Of a DNA stretch of 64,000 nt, positions 60,468 to 64,000 are shown one piece after another. This DNA is from Syntrophales bacterium (GTDB taxonomy: Bacteria; Desulfobacterota; Syntrophia; Syntrophales; UBA2210). The translations under genes and the position numbers were made by a program. The stretch is from positions 2,688,001 to 2,752,000 of the forward strand of contig CAXXKT010000001.1 in the NCBI GenBank assembly GCA_963662405.2. Reading direction: 5' to 3'. The notes under the pieces were generated by a model. It saw only the letters and a list, made by a program, of their open reading frames with translations, searched no databases and was not told the origin of the DNA. Within the stretch, counting starts at the first letter, position 1. The number at the start of each line of letters is the position of its first letter.

Positions 60468-61829
60468 TTATTCAATCAAAACAAATCTTCTTTTTCCGCT
60501 TATTGTCAGTGGGACATTTTTAACAATTTCGACTTCAACTTTTTTTTGCATCTCTTTTTCCCAATAGTTTTTAATAAAAGTCGAAACATCGGGTTTAAAT
60601 AGATTATTCACTACTAGCTTAAATATAACCCTATCAATACTATCTACTACCTGAAATTGATCAATTGCACCAAAAGTTGGGAGGTCTTGGCGAGAGAAAA
60701 AGATTGTAAAATCATGCACTATAAACTTGCCTTTGGGTAATTCCAAAACCTCATTTTCCCTACCCAATATTCTAGTAATCTTTAAATGTTTTCTGCCACA
60801 CTCGCAAGGTTTTGAATTTATCTCCACTAAATCTTGCGTATCATAGCGAATGAATGGATGAGCCAAATTCCACAAATCAGTTGAAATAAGTCGACCAACC
60901 CCTTCTAACAACAGGTTACCATCTTCATCAATTATTTCGCTGATGCCATATTCTTCAGTTGAATGATAACATGTGTGAGTAGGGCATTCAAATACCATAG
61001 AATTGCCCTCGCAAGCATAGGAATCAAAAATTCTGCAATCAAATGCCTCCTCGATTTCATTGCGAGTTTCAGCAAATAATGTGTTGCCAGTTGTTGTTAT
61101 TGCCCTTGGTGAAAATTTATATTCTGGGTGTAGCTTTTTATAGCGTGCTAAAAACAATAATGGATCTGGATAGCATCTGATTACTTTAGGTTTGTAATCC
61201 TCTACTTGACTGAGAATAAAAGCAAAAGTTTCATCAATTAAGGGACTGGTTGCCAAGTATAAATTATTACTCATTTTATCCTGTAAACGTTTCATTGGGT
61301 TTTTTCTAGGGTTTTGACTCAGTTTAATATATTTGTCACCCAAGCGAAAACCCATCCAATACCATCCCCTCAAATTTGCAGCGATATTCATAGAATAAGC
61401 TTCTTTGGTCCTAAAATAGGATAAAGGCTCTCCAGTTGACCCACTTGAGCTGCTTTTTACTCTTTTATTATTGGGAACATTCCTTGATGTAAATCTGTCA
61501 ATCCCTTCTTTTTTAATGATAGATTTTGTCAAAACAGGAAGTTTAGCTAAATCATTCTTCATTTGGATATCATTCGGAGTTAAATTAAGACTATCAAATA
61601 AATCATGATAATAGGGAACGTAATGATAAGCATTATTGATGAGTATCTTAAGCCGTTTGTTTTGAAACGATTCGATGTGCTCTCTTGACCAGAACTGGCT
61701 TTTATTTAGGAATTTAAGTTTATTATAAACAGAGTTGCCCGTGAGCAAATCGCTTATCGGCAAGTATGTTTTTTCTTGCAAAAAGTGAGATAAAAACATG
61801 TGTGTTTTGTTTTTCATTTTACTCCCCAT
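60468..61829 (-). CDS. CapK-like adenylate-forming enzyme (PaaK superfamily, capsule-associated)
   Basis: SSGSTGEP, YACE, IRYDTQD, CECGR and SGKRR. Confidence 0.88.
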   Translation of the reverse strand: MGSKMKNKTHMFLSHFLQEKTYLPISDLLTGNSVYNKLKFLNKSQFWSREHIESFQNKRLKILINNAYHYVPYYHDLFDSLNLTPNDIQMKNDLAKLPVLTKSIIKKEGIDRFTSRNVPNNKRVKSSSSGSTGEPLSYFRTKEAYSMNIAANLRGWYWMGFRLGDKYIKLSQNPRKNPMKRLQDKMSNNLYLATSPLIDETFAFILSQVEDYKPKVIRCYPDPLLFLARYKKLHPEYKFSPRAITTTGNTLFAETRNEIEEAFDCRIFDSYACEGNSMVFECPTHTCYHSTEEYGISEIIDEDGNLLLEGVGRLISTDLWNLAHPFIRYDTQDLVEINSKPCECGRKHLKITRILGRENEVLELPKGKFIVHDFTIFFSRQDLPTFGAIDQFQVVDSIDRVIFKLVVNNLFKPDVSTFIKNYWEKEMQKKVEVEIVKNVPLTISGKRRFVLIE

Positions 61830-61881
61830 ACAATAGGGATCTCTTCATTGTTAAAAACGGATTATCGATGGAGAACTTTTA

Positions 61882-62883
61882 TCAATTATTATATATACTG
61901 ATTAACTTGTTTTTTTGATTAGACCATTTAAGTGAATTTGAAAACATAAGGCCATTATTAACTAATAATATGTTTTTGTTTTGGTCAGCAAGAGCTTTAA
62001 GTATCTTATCTTGTAATTTATCTAAATTGTTAGATTGAAACAGATAACCTGTTTCACCATCTTTAACGATATACTTGATACCGCCGACATCTGAGGATAT
62101 AACTAATATTCCATTGAGATATCCTTCGATTATAGATAACGGATAATTATCAATTGTGCTTGGGTTTATCATAATATCAGCTTTATTTAATTCAGTATAA
62201 ATAGATTTATTATCAATTTTACCTTTAAAAACAACATCGTGTATATCTAGTTTGCTTACATAATTCTCTAGATTTAACTTCTCTCCACCATCACCAATGA
62301 TAGTTAGCGTCGCGTTATTATACTTAGATTGAATTACTTGAAATGCATCAATAGCTAACCTAATGTTATATATTTCTTCGAGTGATCTGATTGTAATAAA
62401 TTTTGGATTAAAATTTTTTCGAATCTTAAAAACATTTATATTATCATTAATTATGTTTGGGACAATAACTGATTTATATCCGAATTTATAAAATGTATCA
62501 TGCAAAAATGGTGAAAGTGTGATTAATACACTTAGATACTGGAAGAAATATTTCAACATCCAATTCCAACTTTGAAGAAATTGTTCGGCACCACCGCCAT
62601 GATAAGTTGCAATACTTTTTTTACCCCAGAGCCACGCTGAAATTATCGAAATTGCAATTGGATAAAAACCCAAGTATGAACAACCATGAGCGTGAATTAC
62701 ATCGAATCTTCTACTTCGTATTAATAGTAGGGGAAAAGAAATAAATTTATGAAAGTAACTTCCATGGGTATTGTGAAATTCAGCAAATATGTTCTCTTTT
62801 GGAAGTTCGGAAAGAAGTAAATCAATTTGACCAGATATTGAGCCAGTATTTCCTTTATAATTGCCTACAATCAACACTTTCAT
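61882..62883 (-). CDS. GT4 glycosyltransferase
   Basis: YHGG, NPSTIDNYPLSIIE, SDVGG and DGETG. Confidence 0.9.
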   Translation of the reverse strand: MKVLIVGNYKGNTGSISGQIDLLLSELPKENIFAEFHNTHGSYFHKFISFPLLLIRSRRFDVIHAHGCSYLGFYPIAISIISAWLWGKKSIATYHGGGAEQFLQSWNWMLKYFFQYLSVLITLSPFLHDTFYKFGYKSVIVPNIINDNINVFKIRKNFNPKFITIRSLEEIYNIRLAIDAFQVIQSKYNNATLTIIGDGGEKLNLENYVSKLDIHDVVFKGKIDNKSIYTELNKADIMINPSTIDNYPLSIIEGYLNGILVISSDVGGIKYIVKDGETGYLFQSNNLDKLQDKILKALADQNKNILLVNNGLMFSNSLKWSNQKNKLISIYNN

Positions 62884-64000
62884 AATTCGAATAACATTTC
62901 TTTTTTCATATTATTAATAATACCCGCAATTGCTCCTAAAAAAAGGAAACTGAATGAACGAAAAGTTATTGCATACATTTGACCTGAAATAGATAAAATT
63001 AAAGGGACTATTAATAAAGCAAGATATATCGGTTTCAGAATTTGATATGTGTAATATGGTGGAAGAAATTTATTGTTTTTCTTATAAAAAACAAATGCTT
63101 TGTAGTAGATCAATAAATAAATCGTTAATCCAAATAGCCCACTACCATGTGCTATTAAATTATAATCAATATGAATCTGTCTTGGCCCAAATGAACCATC
63201 GGCGTAATTACCAACCGAATTCATAAATTCCGTTCCGAAAAATGAATTCAATGGATTTTCAAAACTGAGTAGACCTTTCCAAATAGATACTGTTTCCAAA
63301 TATCTCATTTCCGTTTTGTAACTAACCGCAGTAAATCTCTCCGCCCTAATATTAATTTGATCATGAATTATATTTGCATAATTATAATAAACAATAACGA
63401 GTATTATACCAATAATGAAGAGGGGCAATAATATTTTTCTTTTTCGTGGCCAAAAAAATATTTCAATCAAAAAACCTGCTAGTACTGCAAGAATTGCAAT
63501 CCTTGTCAAATTTAGAACAAGCATAACAAATAGAACTAGCCCCAAGATCATGTATATCGCATTCTTTTGTATATTATTGGTAAAACCCATTAGGAGTGGG
63601 AGTAAAAGCAAAACATATACACTTGAATTAAAAGAGTGTCCGGACAGACTACCAGCAGCTAATATTTGCTCATTGCCATAACTTCCACCTATACCAGAAA
63701 CTGAACATATAATTGCATTAATTATCATAATAACCATTATAATTATTATGGGTTTAGTTAATTTTTTTAAGTGAACTATGGTCTTGATAAGATAAAAGCC
63801 TAATGGATACATCAGAAGAGATGCGCATATTTGCAAATATACCCGAAAAGATATGTAGAAAGATGAAGAAAAGAATACCAGTAAAAACGAATAAATAATA
63901 TAAAAATAAATATATGAGCAAACTGAATTTTTCCGATAATAATTTATAATAATATAAATCACAAATGAATAAATTGTAAGAGCTCTGACTATTGCTGAAA
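62880..64000 (-). CDS. Wzy/O-antigen ligase-like polytopic protein (start lies beyond the right edge)
   Basis: Frame stays open to the edge (SAIVRALTIYSFV...); many TMs; LTR and H.DY motifs. Confidence 0.75.
   Translation of the reverse strand, partial: SAIVRALTIYSFVIYIIINYYRKNSVCSYIYFYIIYSFLLVFFSSSFYISFRVYLQICASLLMYPLGFYLIKTIVHLKKLTKPIIIIMVIMIINAIICSVSGIGGSYGNEQILAAGSLSGHSFNSSVYVLLLLPLLMGFTNNIQKNAIYMILGLVLFVMLVLNLTRIAILAVLAGFLIEIFFWPRKRKILLPLFIIGIILVIVYYNYANIIHDQINIRAERFTAVSYKTEMRYLETVSIWKGLLSFENPLNSFFGTEFMNSVGNYADGSFGPRQIHIDYNLIAHGSGLFGLTIYLLIYYKAFVFYKKNNKFLPPYYTYQILKPIYLALLIVPLILSISGQMYAITFRSFSFLFLGAIAGIINNMKKEMLFEL

Noticed and set aside
60468..61829. Second phenylacetate-CoA ligase as part of aromatic metabolism
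   Set aside because: Its position among glycosyltransferases and its AT-rich composition fit the capsule-associated CapK type.

Overview
Bacterial chromosomal window. Gene content and base composition suggest an anaerobic Desulfobacterota/Syntrophales-like deltaproteobacterium (inference). The left half is GC-rich. It holds an RND efflux operon and a Spy/CpxP-ECF sigma-anti-sigma operon, separated by two matching divergent ECF-type promoters. It also holds a sigma54-controlled exported flavoprotein with an MFS transporter, housekeeping genes (DUF721/DciA, MoaE-like, glycerate kinase, PMM/PGM, hflKC), and a LIV-type ABC transporter operon with two CoA ligases. That ABC operon is preceded by an unannotated Phe-rich leader peptide and a two-terminator attenuator, the strongest novel signal here; it points to phenylalanine-starvation-induced aryl-acid uptake and activation. 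Four unrelated secreted proteins share a short C-terminal P..PLL[LF] tail, a candidate sorting signal. One of them, a double DUF1566 protein, shows a diversity-generating retroelement (DGR)-like variable-region pattern, although no reverse transcriptase is in the window. The right half (34-64 kb) is a large, mostly minus-strand surface-glycan locus (Wzx, Rmd-like, GT2/GT-C cassette, WbdA/WbdD/Wzm/Wzt, O-antigen ligase, priming transferase) that becomes very AT-rich at the right end. All calls come from reading the sequence; no searches were run.
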